Origin: an uncultured Eubacteriales bacterium | GTDB taxonomy: Bacteria; Bacillota_I; Bacilli_A; RFN20; UBA1709 | NCBI GenBank assembly: GCA_964408135.1 | Contig: CAYOYG010000001.1 | Coordinates: 1-24,092 of the forward strand | DNA: 24,092 bases | Reading direction: 5' to 3' | Shown: positions 9,203-17,415 of the stretch, in pieces | Numbering within the stretch: position 1 is the stretch's first letter | How the letters are laid out: each line of letters starts with the position of its first letter | Program-made: the position numbers and the translations under genes | Notes under the pieces: model-generated | The model's input: the letters and a program-made list of their open reading frames with translations, nothing else | What the model was told of the DNA's origin: nothing | The model's database searches: none

Positions 9203-10010
9203 AGATGAAAAGAAGATAATGGGGAAGGGTTTGCAAGACATCTTAAAACAAGAAGGTACCTTGCAACAACAACTCGAATTTATTCAAAAAGATGCGAAAC
9301 GGAATAAGATCTACGTCCCCATTCATCAACTGGTTACCAATCCTTTTCAAACACCGAAAATATACAACGCGAAGCAAATTAGCGAACTCGCTTTATCTAT
9401 CGTCGACCACGGGATACTTCTCCCCATTTTAGTGCGTCAAAATCAAGGTCGCTATGAGATAATCTCGGGGGAAAAACGTTGGCGTGCTGCCATAGAAGCA
9501 AAACTCACCGAAGTACCTGTGATCATTGAAAACATCGATGATCACGTCATGAAAGAAATCTCATTAATTGAACAATTACAAAGCGATGATATTACGCCAC
9601 TTGAAGAAGCAAAATCCTATCAAAATTTAATTGAGCAATATGGCTATAGTCATCAAAGCATCGCGAAACAAATCGGTAAATCAAGAACCTATGTGACCAA
9701 TCTTCTACGTATTACCCGTCTACCAGAAGATGTGCTAGATTATGTCAATCATGGAAAAATATCCATTTCTCATGTCCGACCACTCGTTGGGAAAGATCCA
9801 CAAGTCATTCGCGAATGTGTCCAAAAGATTGTGGACGAACATTTGAGTGTCCGAGCCTGCGAAAATTTATTAAAAATGAAAAAAAGCAATATCAATATAC
9901 AAGTGACATCAAAACAAGTCATTATTGATTATCATAGCGAAGAAGAGTTAGCACGCATCTTACGCCAATTGCAAGTAGGAAAACAATATGGGAAAAAACA
10001 TCGTTCCTAA
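9186..10010 (+). CDS. parB: ParB/Spo0J family partitioning protein with divergent CTP-binding motifs
   Basis: N-terminal MGKGL peptide (LGRGL-like), ParB N domain with SGEKRWRAA, HTH SHQSIAKQIGKSRTYVTNLLR, C-terminal VIIDYHSEEELARIL; overlaps parA by 17 nt; RBS GAGGTG. Confidence 0.9.
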   Translation: MTKQTKDEKKIMGKGLQDILKQEGTLQQQLEFIQKDAKRNKIYVPIHQLVTNPFQTPKIYNAKQISELALSIVDHGILLPILVRQNQGRYEIISGEKRWRAAIEAKLTEVPVIIENIDDHVMKEISLIEQLQSDDITPLEEAKSYQNLIEQYGYSHQSIAKQIGKSRTYVTNLLRITRLPEDVLDYVNHGKISISHVRPLVGKDPQVIRECVQKIVDEHLSVRACENLLKMKKSNINIQVTSKQVIIDYHSEEELARILRQLQVGKQYGKKHRS

Positions 10011-10710
10011 TTTGGTGTATCCTCTTAAAGATGAAGGATTGCAAAAAGGTTTACAAGTAGTCTCTTCACTATTGGAAGATATCTTTCAAGATTCAACCAT
10101 CTTAAAGGGACCAATGTGTGTCGTTTTTAATGATCCTAGTTTTGGATTCCCGATGTTTGCGAGTGGTTATCCACTAGGTATTCGAACCAGTCTACATGAT
10201 CCAAATAATGTTTGTTTACTTATCAGTCAATTAACTCATGAATTGGTACACTATATATTTTATAAGTGCAAGATAGACACCACCCAAACGGCGTATCGCT
10301 ATGAAGAAATTATTGCCGAAGCGATCGCCCTGTATGCTTTAAAACAAGCACCCATGTATTGGACAACCGAGGATTTTTCACTTGATTCAAGTGAGAAGGA
10401 AATGTTTGAAGTTTGTCATCAACAAAGTGTGCATAATTACACGAAACAACAAATGCCAATAAAACCCCAAGTTTCAAAAGCTCGTTGGCGTTTACTAGAA
10501 AAGAATTATGCCACTATTCGGGAACGACATTATCAAGAAGTCTTGTATGTCTATGATCAACTCGATAAAAAAACAATTGATCCAAAACTTATTCTTAACT
10601 ATACACCTTATTTATTAAAAAATGGCAGTATCGATTTCGAAAAATGGAGTCAAGAACAACCAAGTGATACATTAACAATCATTCGTAAAGTTCAACCAAT
10701 TATAATCTAA
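9988..10710 (+). CDS. Hypothetical protein with a zinc metallopeptidase signature (HExxH plus downstream Glu; IrrE/ImmA- or gluzincin-like)
   Basis: QLTHELVHY (H84-H88) and YEEIIAE (E106/E107); AGGA 7 nt before ATG; overlaps parB by 23 nt; no signal peptide evident. Confidence 0.65.
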   Translation: MGKNIVPNLVYPLKDEGLQKGLQVVSSLLEDIFQDSTILKGPMCVVFNDPSFGFPMFASGYPLGIRTSLHDPNNVCLLISQLTHELVHYIFYKCKIDTTQTAYRYEEIIAEAIALYALKQAPMYWTTEDFSLDSSEKEMFEVCHQQSVHNYTKQQMPIKPQVSKARWRLLEKNYATIRERHYQEVLYVYDQLDKKTIDPKLILNYTPYLLKNGSIDFEKWSQEQPSDTLTIIRKVQPIII

Positions 10711-10739
10711 AAAAGAAGCGTTTATATCGCTTCTTTTTT
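10709..10739. terminator. Bidirectional intrinsic terminator between the convergent HExxH gene and lpdA
   Basis: AAAAAAGAAGCG-tttatat-CGCTTCTTTTTT with A and T tracts on both sides. Confidence 0.9.
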
Positions 10740-10741
10740 GG

Positions 10742-12073
10742 CTATTCTTTCACATCTTGAAGGATTTCATTGAGTGTCGGATGAGCATGTATAACGGCTT
10801 TAAATTGTGCTAAGGTCATTGTGTTATTCATCGCAACTACCATCTCACCAATTAATAAGGAAGCATCATGTCCGATGATATGAGCGCCTTTAATAACATC
10901 ATTTATATCGGTGATGATCTTCACAAATCCATAGGTTTCATCATAAATATTTGCCATACAGTTGGCCGTATATAATGATTTATACACTTTATATTCACCA
11001 GGAAGAAACTCATTTTCTTTTTTTCCAACATAGGCAATTTCAGGAAGGGTAAAGATAACACTTGGGGTTAAATCTAAACGAATAATATTTTTACTTTGAT
11101 TTAAATGATGGAGTAATACTTTGCCTTGAAAGACAGCACTATGTGCCAGGAGAGATTGACCATTGATATCACCAATAGCATATATGGAAGGAATTGATGT
11201 TTGATAATGTTCATCCACGATAATTCCACGAGTAGTATAAGCAATACCAAGCCGATCAAGTTCGCATTTATCGAGATTTGGTTCCCGACCAATCGCAACA
11301 AGTAGATAATCTGCTTGCAAAGATTGTTCCTTATTTTTTTCACAGAAGTACACCTTTATTGACTCATCACTGGCTTCCACTTTGCGAATCGTGACACCGG
11401 TTTTAACATTGATTCCTTTGCGTTTGAAAGCGACCGATAAACGCTTAGCTACTTCGCTATCAACAATCGGAAGGATGGAATCTTGCATTTCAAGCATGGT
11501 GACACTTACCCCTAATTCAGCATACAAAGAGGCAAATTCACTGCCGATAACACCACTACCAACAATCAACATACTTTTTGGTAATGCAGTTAAATTTAGG
11601 GCGTCTTTTGCGTGTAAAATGCGTGGATGAAATAGGGATATGTTTGGTAGGGAGCGACAATGTGAGCCTGTCGCTAAAATAATAATGTCACATTCAATGA
11701 TTTCATCATTCACAAAAACGCGATGAGGAGCAACGATATGGGCTTCGCCTTTTATGACGCGAATATTGGCTTGATCCATCCGATATTTAATTCCTTCATG
11801 TAAACGGAAAATCACACCACTTTTTCGTAACAAAACCGCTTGATAGTCCAGGGTTGGTTCATTATGAATAACCCCAAATTTGCCAGCTTCTAAACTCGCT
11901 TTATATTGCTTCGCACTTTGCAGTAATGTTTTAGTAGGGATGCATCCTTCCCACAAGCAAACGCCGCCTAATTCATTTTTTTCAATGACGACGACGTCAA
12001 AACCAGCTTCTTTTGCTTGAAGAGCTGTTTCATAACCAGAGGGACCACCGCCAATGATGACAAGTTTATTCAT
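10742..12073 (-). CDS. lpdA: Dihydrolipoamide dehydrogenase (glycine cleavage L protein)
   Basis: GGGPSG FAD motif, redox disulfide GGVCLWEGCIPTK, NAD motif GSGVIG, C-terminal HAHPTLNE; last gene of the gcv cluster, overlapping the gcvPB stop. Confidence 0.93.
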   Translation of the reverse strand: MNKLVIIGGGPSGYETALQAKEAGFDVVVIEKNELGGVCLWEGCIPTKTLLQSAKQYKASLEAGKFGVIHNEPTLDYQAVLLRKSGVIFRLHEGIKYRMDQANIRVIKGEAHIVAPHRVFVNDEIIECDIIILATGSHCRSLPNISLFHPRILHAKDALNLTALPKSMLIVGSGVIGSEFASLYAELGVSVTMLEMQDSILPIVDSEVAKRLSVAFKRKGINVKTGVTIRKVEASDESIKVYFCEKNKEQSLQADYLLVAIGREPNLDKCELDRLGIAYTTRGIIVDEHYQTSIPSIYAIGDINGQSLLAHSAVFQGKVLLHHLNQSKNIIRLDLTPSVIFTLPEIAYVGKKENEFLPGEYKVYKSLYTANCMANIYDETYGFVKIITDINDVIKGAHIIGHDASLLIGEMVVAMNNTMTLAQFKAVIHAHPTLNEILQDVKE

Positions 12074-13520
12074 AGCGATGCATGTCCTGGAATTTAATAA
12101 TCGGTTTACGAGCGGCTAGCGCTTCATCGAGACGACGAACTGGTGTATTATATGGCGCATGATGAAGTAGATCTGGATTTTCTTTGGCTTCTTGGGCAAT
12201 CTTTTTCATAACCGCGATAAATTCATCGAGTGTTTGTAATGATTCATTTTCGGTTGGTTCCACCATCAAGGCTTGGGTAATCAATAAAGGGAAATAAATC
12301 GTTGGGGCATGATAGCCTAAATCGAGTAGACGTTTAGCAACATCCAGTGTTGCTATGCCACTACTTTTATCTTTTAAACCATTGAAGACTACTTCGTGTT
12401 TGCAATGATTTGCGATCGGTAATTCATAGTCATTTTTTAACATCTCTTTAATATAATTCGCATTTAAAACGGCTAAGCGAGCGACGTTTTTAACGTTTTC
12501 TTTGCCGAGTGTTTTTAAATAAACAAAGGCTTTAATGACAACCGCCATATTACCATAGAAACTACTGATCTGAATGTTGTCTTTGTTGAAGGTAATATCA
12601 TAACCATTTTTAGCTTTGATTATTCGTGGATTAGGTAAGAATGGTTGGAGTTTTTTATTAACACCGACCGGACCACTACCCGGACCACCGCCGCCATGTG
12701 AGGTTGAAAATGTCTTATGGAGATTGAGATGGACAACATCAAATCCCATGTCACCTGGACGAGCATAACCAAGTAGAGCATTTAAATTGGCACCATCATA
12801 GTAGAGTAAACCACCACAGTCATGGACCAACGTGGCAATGCTTAAGATATCTTTTTCGTAAATTCCTAATGTATTTGGATTCGTTAACATAATCCCTGCG
12901 ACTTCATCACTTAAATTGGCTTTTAAAGAATCTAGGTTCACAGTACCATCAGGATTTGAATCTATTTCGATGACATCAAATCCACAAACAGCAGCGGAGG
13001 CTGGATTCGTACCATGGGCACTATTAGGAACCAATATTTTGGTTCTTTTTGTATCATGATGATGTTTATGATATTCACGAATAATCATGAGTCCAGTTAA
13101 TTCACCATGGGCACCAGCGAACGGATTTAGGGAGAATTCTTCTAGTCCACACACTTCACTTAACATTTGCGCTGTTTCATAATAGATGGCCAATGTTCCT
13201 TGAGCAGAACTAGCATCACTTAATGGATGTAGAGTAGTAAATTCAGAAAGGTTTGCTAATTCTTCATTAATTTTTGGATTGTATTTCATCGTACACGAAC
13301 CAAGAGGGTAAAATCCACTTTCAACCCCGAAGTTTAATTGGGATAAGTTGGTGTAGTGACGAACACAATCAAGCTCACTGACTTTTGGTAAAATTGTCGC
13401 ATTACCGCGCAATAAAGATGAATCTAAATCCAGGGAAATCGGTAGAGTATTTTTTGGTAAACTATACCCTTTTCTACCTTCGATACTTAATTCAAAGATT
13501 AATTTATCATAAAATTTCAT
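12066..13520 (-). CDS. gcvPB: Glycine dehydrogenase (decarboxylating), P protein subunit 2
   Basis: YPLGSCTMKYNPK, SAHGTNPASA, LLYYDGANLNA, PLP-lysine motif HLNLHKTF, EPTENES; RBS AGGAGG. Confidence 0.96.
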   Translation of the reverse strand: MKFYDKLIFELSIEGRKGYSLPKNTLPISLDLDSSLLRGNATILPKVSELDCVRHYTNLSQLNFGVESGFYPLGSCTMKYNPKINEELANLSEFTTLHPLSDASSAQGTLAIYYETAQMLSEVCGLEEFSLNPFAGAHGELTGLMIIREYHKHHHDTKRTKILVPNSAHGTNPASAAVCGFDVIEIDSNPDGTVNLDSLKANLSDEVAGIMLTNPNTLGIYEKDILSIATLVHDCGGLLYYDGANLNALLGYARPGDMGFDVVHLNLHKTFSTSHGGGGPGSGPVGVNKKLQPFLPNPRIIKAKNGYDITFNKDNIQISSFYGNMAVVIKAFVYLKTLGKENVKNVARLAVLNANYIKEMLKNDYELPIANHCKHEVVFNGLKDKSSGIATLDVAKRLLDLGYHAPTIYFPLLITQALMVEPTENESLQTLDEFIAVMKKIAQEAKENPDLLHHAPYNTPVRRLDEALAARKPIIKFQDMHRYE

Positions 13521-13521
13521 A

Positions 13522-14838
13522 TTACTTAGCCTCCTTTACGCAAGAAAGCAGTTGATTCATTTCTGCCAATGTTCGCTTTTCGGTAACCGCAAACATCGCA
13601 TGACCATTATCTAAAATCAGTGGTCCTTCAATGCCGTGTTTCTTTAGTTTTTGATTTAATGTTTTCAAATTGCAGTTGGCTTTTAAAACAAATTCTTTGA
13701 AAAATGGTCCGGAATATACTTTTTCAAATTGATTCGTTTTAATCAATTCTTCGTATAAGTAATGGGCATTCTTATAGGAGTTTAATTGAACTTCTTTGAT
13801 ACCTTCTTCACCCATCAAAGCCATATAGATGGTAGCAAACAAGGACATCAAGGATTGGTTTGAACAGATATTGGAATTGGCTTTTTCCCGACGAATATGT
13901 TGTTCACGAGCTTGTAAGGTTAAGACAAATCCACGTTTACCATCCACATCCACGGTCTTCCCAACAATACGACCTGGTAATTTGCGCAGTAAATTTTCTT
14001 TACAAGCTAAAAAGCCAAGATAAGGACCACCAAAATTTAATGGTAAGCCTAGACTTTGACATTCACCACAAGCAATATCGGCCCCATATTCTTGTGGGGT
14101 TTTTAAAACCGTTAATGTCGAAGGATCGACATTCATAATCAATAAACCTTTTCGTTGATGAACTAGATTACTAACCCCCACTAAAGGTTCAATATTTCCG
14201 TAGTAGTTGGGATTTTGAACGACGAAGGCACTAAATGGTTGTTCCGTCTTCTTTTGAAGATCTTCGAGAGAGACAACACCATCGTTTAAATCAACTATCT
14301 CAACAACGACATCCTTACATTGAGCATACGTTTTGATGACGTGGATGGTATTTGGATTTACGCCCGCACTTACTAATACCCGTTTGACTTTTTTATCCGC
14401 TACAGCCATCGCGATAGCTTCGGCGGTGGCGGTCGCCCCATCGTACATATTCGCATTAGCGCAATCAAGATTGGTTAATGATGTAATCATCGATTGGAAT
14501 TCAAAAATATAACGCAATGTTCCTTGAGCAATTTCTGGTTGATAAGGGGTATAGGTCGTTAAGAATTCTTGCCGAGAGATTAAAGGGAAGATGATGCTTG
14601 GCGTATAATGATCATAGGCACCTGCGCCACGGAAGGTGGCGAGTGATTGATTTTGTTTGGCTATTTTTTGTAAAAGGGCACGAACTTCTATTTCACTTTT
14701 AGCACTTTCTAGATTTAAATCGCGGTTTAAAACTAACTTAGGATCAACATCCGCGAATAAATCATCAATCTTGGATACATGGATTTTGTCCAACATTTGT
14801 TTGATTTCATTCTCGGTATGAGGGAAATATTTAAACAT
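13522..14838 (-). CDS. gcvPA: Glycine dehydrogenase (decarboxylating), P protein subunit 1
   Basis: FRGAGAYDH, FLTTYTPYQPEIAQG, MYDGATA, FGGPYLG, LQAREQHIRREKANSNICSNQ. Confidence 0.96.
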   Translation of the reverse strand: MFKYFPHTENEIKQMLDKIHVSKIDDLFADVDPKLVLNRDLNLESAKSEIEVRALLQKIAKQNQSLATFRGAGAYDHYTPSIIFPLISRQEFLTTYTPYQPEIAQGTLRYIFEFQSMITSLTNLDCANANMYDGATATAEAIAMAVADKKVKRVLVSAGVNPNTIHVIKTYAQCKDVVVEIVDLNDGVVSLEDLQKKTEQPFSAFVVQNPNYYGNIEPLVGVSNLVHQRKGLLIMNVDPSTLTVLKTPQEYGADIACGECQSLGLPLNFGGPYLGFLACKENLLRKLPGRIVGKTVDVDGKRGFVLTLQAREQHIRREKANSNICSNQSLMSLFATIYMALMGEEGIKEVQLNSYKNAHYLYEELIKTNQFEKVYSGPFFKEFVLKANCNLKTLNQKLKKHGIEGPLILDNGHAMFAVTEKRTLAEMNQLLSCVKEAK

Positions 14839-14846
14839 ACTCTCAC

Positions 14847-15215
14847 CTACTTACAATGTTTGACGTATTCACTATAATCTAGTAATTTTTGAACTTCTTT
14901 CGGATTGCTCATTTGGACTTTAACAATCCAAGCTTCCGCGGCATTTTGATTTATTTTTTCAGGTTGATCGTTTAATTCTTCATTCACGGCAACGATAGTT
15001 CCTGATACCGGTAGAAATAGTTCACTCGCCGCTTTTACGCTTTCGATGGCACCGAATTCTTCAAATTGTTTAAAGCTACTATCGACTTCTGGTAAATCAA
15101 CAAAGACAATTTCACCTAATTTTTTGGCAGCATAGGTTGAGATACCAACCCAAGCAAAGTTACCTTCGACTTTGACCCATTCATGCGATTCACTAAATTT
15201 GTAATTTTGTTCCAT
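14847..15215 (-). CDS. gcvH: Glycine cleavage system H protein (lipoyl carrier)
   Basis: SHEWV, VGISTYAAKKLGEIVFVDLP, lipoyl-Lys motif IESVKAASE. Start moved from 15311 to 15215 (MEQNYKF) because RBS GGAGG precedes it; the longer frame overlaps gcvT. Confidence 0.95.
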   Translation of the reverse strand: MEQNYKFSESHEWVKVEGNFAWVGISTYAAKKLGEIVFVDLPEVDSSFKQFEEFGAIESVKAASELFLPVSGTIVAVNEELNDQPEKINQNAAEAWIVKVQMSNPKEVQKLLDYSEYVKHCK

Positions 15216-15231
15216 AGTTATGTTCCTCCGT

Positions 15232-16314
15232 TTATTTATTTTTCTTTTGATAGAATTTTTTGTTACGAACAATCGCCTGTAAGCGTTTGTTGCGCACTTC
15301 GACTTCAACAAGGGTTCCTATTTTACTAGCTTCGCTTTGAATCAAGGCTAGGCCTAAAGGTTTATTTAAAGAAGGTGATAGATAGCCGGTAGTAATATAA
15401 CCCACTTCTTTACCTTGATAAAAGACCTTGTAAGGGTTTCGAATAATACCTTTATCGAGTAATTCAAGTCCGACCACTTTACGGGGTAAACCTTTTTGTT
15501 GTTGTTCAACAAGAGCATCACGACCAATAAATGGTTTATCGAGTTTCACAGCAAAGCTAAGACCCGCTTCTAATGGAGTGATGGTCGAATCAATTTCATG
15601 ACCATAAAGTGGCATATTCGATTCGAATCGCAGGGTATCGCGACAACCTAGACCACATAAGGTTACATGATATTCATCGCGCAGTAGTTGCCATAAGCGT
15701 AGAATAACCGCATGACTGCCATAAATTTCAACACCATCTTCTCCTGTATATCCTGTCGCCGAGACAATAATGGTTTCATCCCACAGTGTTTCTTCGCTAA
15801 AGGTATAGAAGGATAAGGTGATTGGATGATTGATTATCTTGGCAAATACAGTCCGTGCGTTTGGTCCTTGCAAGGCAATTTGCGAATAAGAACCAGACAC
15901 ATTTTCAATCACGACATCATAGACGCCTTGATTGGCTTTTAGCCAAGCATAATCCTTGTCGGTATTGGAAGCATTGACCACCAATAAATATTTAAATGGA
16001 CTATACTTATAAACGATTAAATCATCGACGACACCGCCAGTAGGATAGCAAAGTAATCCATAGGTACAACTTCCTTCACTAGCGTTAATAATGGTATTGG
16101 TAAAAATCGACTCTATGAACGCAGTTGCTTCCTTACCAATAACAACGATTTCTCCCATATGAGAAACATCAAACATACCCACATCATTGCGAACCGCATG
16201 GTGTTCTGCACTGATGCTTGTATATTGAATCGGCATTAAAAAAGAAGCGAAATCGACCATGGTCGCTCCACTTCGTATATGTTCTTCATATAAACTAGTT
16301 TTTTTAATTTCCAT
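15232..16314 (-). CDS. gcvT: Glycine cleavage system T protein (aminomethyltransferase)
   Basis: EHHAVRNDVGMFDVSHMGE, DDLIVY, VNASN, TGYTGEDGVE, GLGCRDTLRFE, YGHEI. Start at 16314 preferred over 16326 because GAGGGG lies 6 nt upstream. Confidence 0.96.
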   Translation of the reverse strand: MEIKKTSLYEEHIRSGATMVDFASFLMPIQYTSISAEHHAVRNDVGMFDVSHMGEIVVIGKEATAFIESIFTNTIINASEGSCTYGLLCYPTGGVVDDLIVYKYSPFKYLLVVNASNTDKDYAWLKANQGVYDVVIENVSGSYSQIALQGPNARTVFAKIINHPITLSFYTFSEETLWDETIIVSATGYTGEDGVEIYGSHAVILRLWQLLRDEYHVTLCGLGCRDTLRFESNMPLYGHEIDSTITPLEAGLSFAVKLDKPFIGRDALVEQQQKGLPRKVVGLELLDKGIIRNPYKVFYQGKEVGYITTGYLSPSLNKPLGLALIQSEASKIGTLVEVEVRNKRLQAIVRNKKFYQKKNK

Positions 16315-16338
16315 ATTACCCCTCATTTACGTATTCAT

Positions 16339-16367
16339 ATTATACAATGGTTAATTGTTTAAAACAA
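16339..16367 (-). promoter_or_regulatory. Sigma70/SigA-type promoter of the gcv operon (TTGTTT-17-TATAAT)
   Basis: Perfect TATAAT at 16344-16339 and TTGTTT at 16367-16362 with a 17-nt spacer, about 25 nt upstream of the gcvT start. Confidence 0.7.
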
Positions 16368-16370
16368 TTA
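16352..16370. promoter_or_regulatory. Perfect 9-1-9 palindrome TAATTGTTT-N-AAACAATTA overlapping the gcvT -35 box; candidate operator
   Basis: Exact inverted repeat read directly from the sequence; all A/T except one G-C pair per arm and no U tract on the sense strand, so a poor terminator. Confidence 0.55.
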
Positions 16371-16388
16371 TGAAGCGGTAAAGGAAGC

Positions 16389-17363
16389 TCATCCTTCAAA
16401 GTAATTCTTTAATGCTTGAAGAATACTTGATAAATCAAAATCATAGATATAATTTTCTAGTTTCACTTTTAAAAGAGTTTCTTGAATGGATGTAAAAGTA
16501 TAGGGCTGATTTACAAAGAAGGTTTCCGCCTCTTTCAGCGCCTGTTTTTCAAAGAAGTCGCCACTAATTTTACACGACTGAATCTGGTGATTGACCAAAG
16601 TAAAATTAAAATCAATGACCCCCGCTTTACTATAAGTAGCTAACTTCTTGCTATACGAAGTTTTGCGAAAGATATATGAATCTTCTTCGTATTTTTTTTG
16701 TCCTTCGCGGACAAGTGAATCCATCAAAGGTGTTAAAACCATTCGTTGTAAGGATAAATGTAAAATCAGTTCCTTGATAAATTCATCTTTTGTTTTGTGG
16801 TAAAAAGGGCGAATATTTACCACACGTGATTGAACGCTGCTGATTCCTTTACTCCCCAACTTTAAAACATTCGGAGTTAAATATTTACCCATCCTAGATA
16901 AATCGGTATCAAACAATAATGTCCCGTGTAAACAGGCACAATTGTGTAAACGATAAAAAGCATTTCCTGAAAATTTCTTGCCATCGATGAGTAAATCGTT
17001 GCGACCGGAAAATGTTGCTTTAATTCCCATTTTAGCAAAGGCTGTAATCATTTTGTCTAGATAGGTTTTAAAGACCATTTCTTTATCAAAGTTGGGAGTG
17101 ATGAACGAAAACATTAAACAATTTTCATCGGCATAGACAGCACCGCCTCCAGAAGGGCGACGGTAAATGTTGACTTGATCGCTTTGAGCTTGGGCAATAT
17201 TGAGTTCATCATAAATCAATTGATGACGGCCAACCACTAAAGATTTTTCAATATTCCACAAGAAAAAATATTCTTCATTTTGATTATTTTTTAATAAATA
17301 TTCTTCGAGGGCAAAATAATACGAACAACGATTGATTTTTTGGGGTGTATCGACATAAAACAT
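16389..17363 (-). CDS. lplA: Lipoate--protein ligase (LplA family)
   Basis: YYFALEEYL, LVVGRHQ, RRPSGGGAVYAD, GRNDLLIDGKKFSGNA, HGTLLFD; RBS AAGGAG; immediately upstream of gcvT. Confidence 0.93.
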   Translation of the reverse strand: MFYVDTPQKINRCSYYFALEEYLLKNNQNEEYFFLWNIEKSLVVGRHQLIYDELNIAQAQSDQVNIYRRPSGGGAVYADENCLMFSFITPNFDKEMVFKTYLDKMITAFAKMGIKATFSGRNDLLIDGKKFSGNAFYRLHNCACLHGTLLFDTDLSRMGKYLTPNVLKLGSKGISSVQSRVVNIRPFYHKTKDEFIKELILHLSLQRMVLTPLMDSLVREGQKKYEEDSYIFRKTSYSKKLATYSKAGVIDFNFTLVNHQIQSCKISGDFFEKQALKEAETFFVNQPYTFTSIQETLLKVKLENYIYDFDLSSILQALKNYFEG

Positions 17364-17388
17364 TGTGATGTCACTCCTTCTCTAGGAT

Positions 17389-17415
17389 TTAAAAATAGCG
17401 CACAAAGCGCTATTT
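17389..17415 (-). terminator. Intrinsic terminator after the PH-domain gene
   Basis: Minus strand AAATAGCGC-tttgt-GCGCTATTT followed by further T residues, 5 nt after the stop at 17421. Confidence 0.75.

Noticed and set aside
12690-12730. GcvPB motif KTFSTSHGGGGPG has Ser where Pro is usual
   Set aside because: A single substitution; the PLP lysine and all other motifs are intact, so there is no case for altered function.
16352-16370. The palindrome interpreted as the lplA intrinsic terminator
   Set aside because: The stem is nearly all A-T with a 1-nt centre and no downstream U tract on the minus strand; kept instead as a candidate operator.
16389-16391. Possible TGA read-through (genetic code 4 or 25) at the lplA stop
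   Set aside because: TGA ends mnmG in an ATGA overlap with rsmG, Trp is encoded by TGG, and all long ORFs are intact under code 11.
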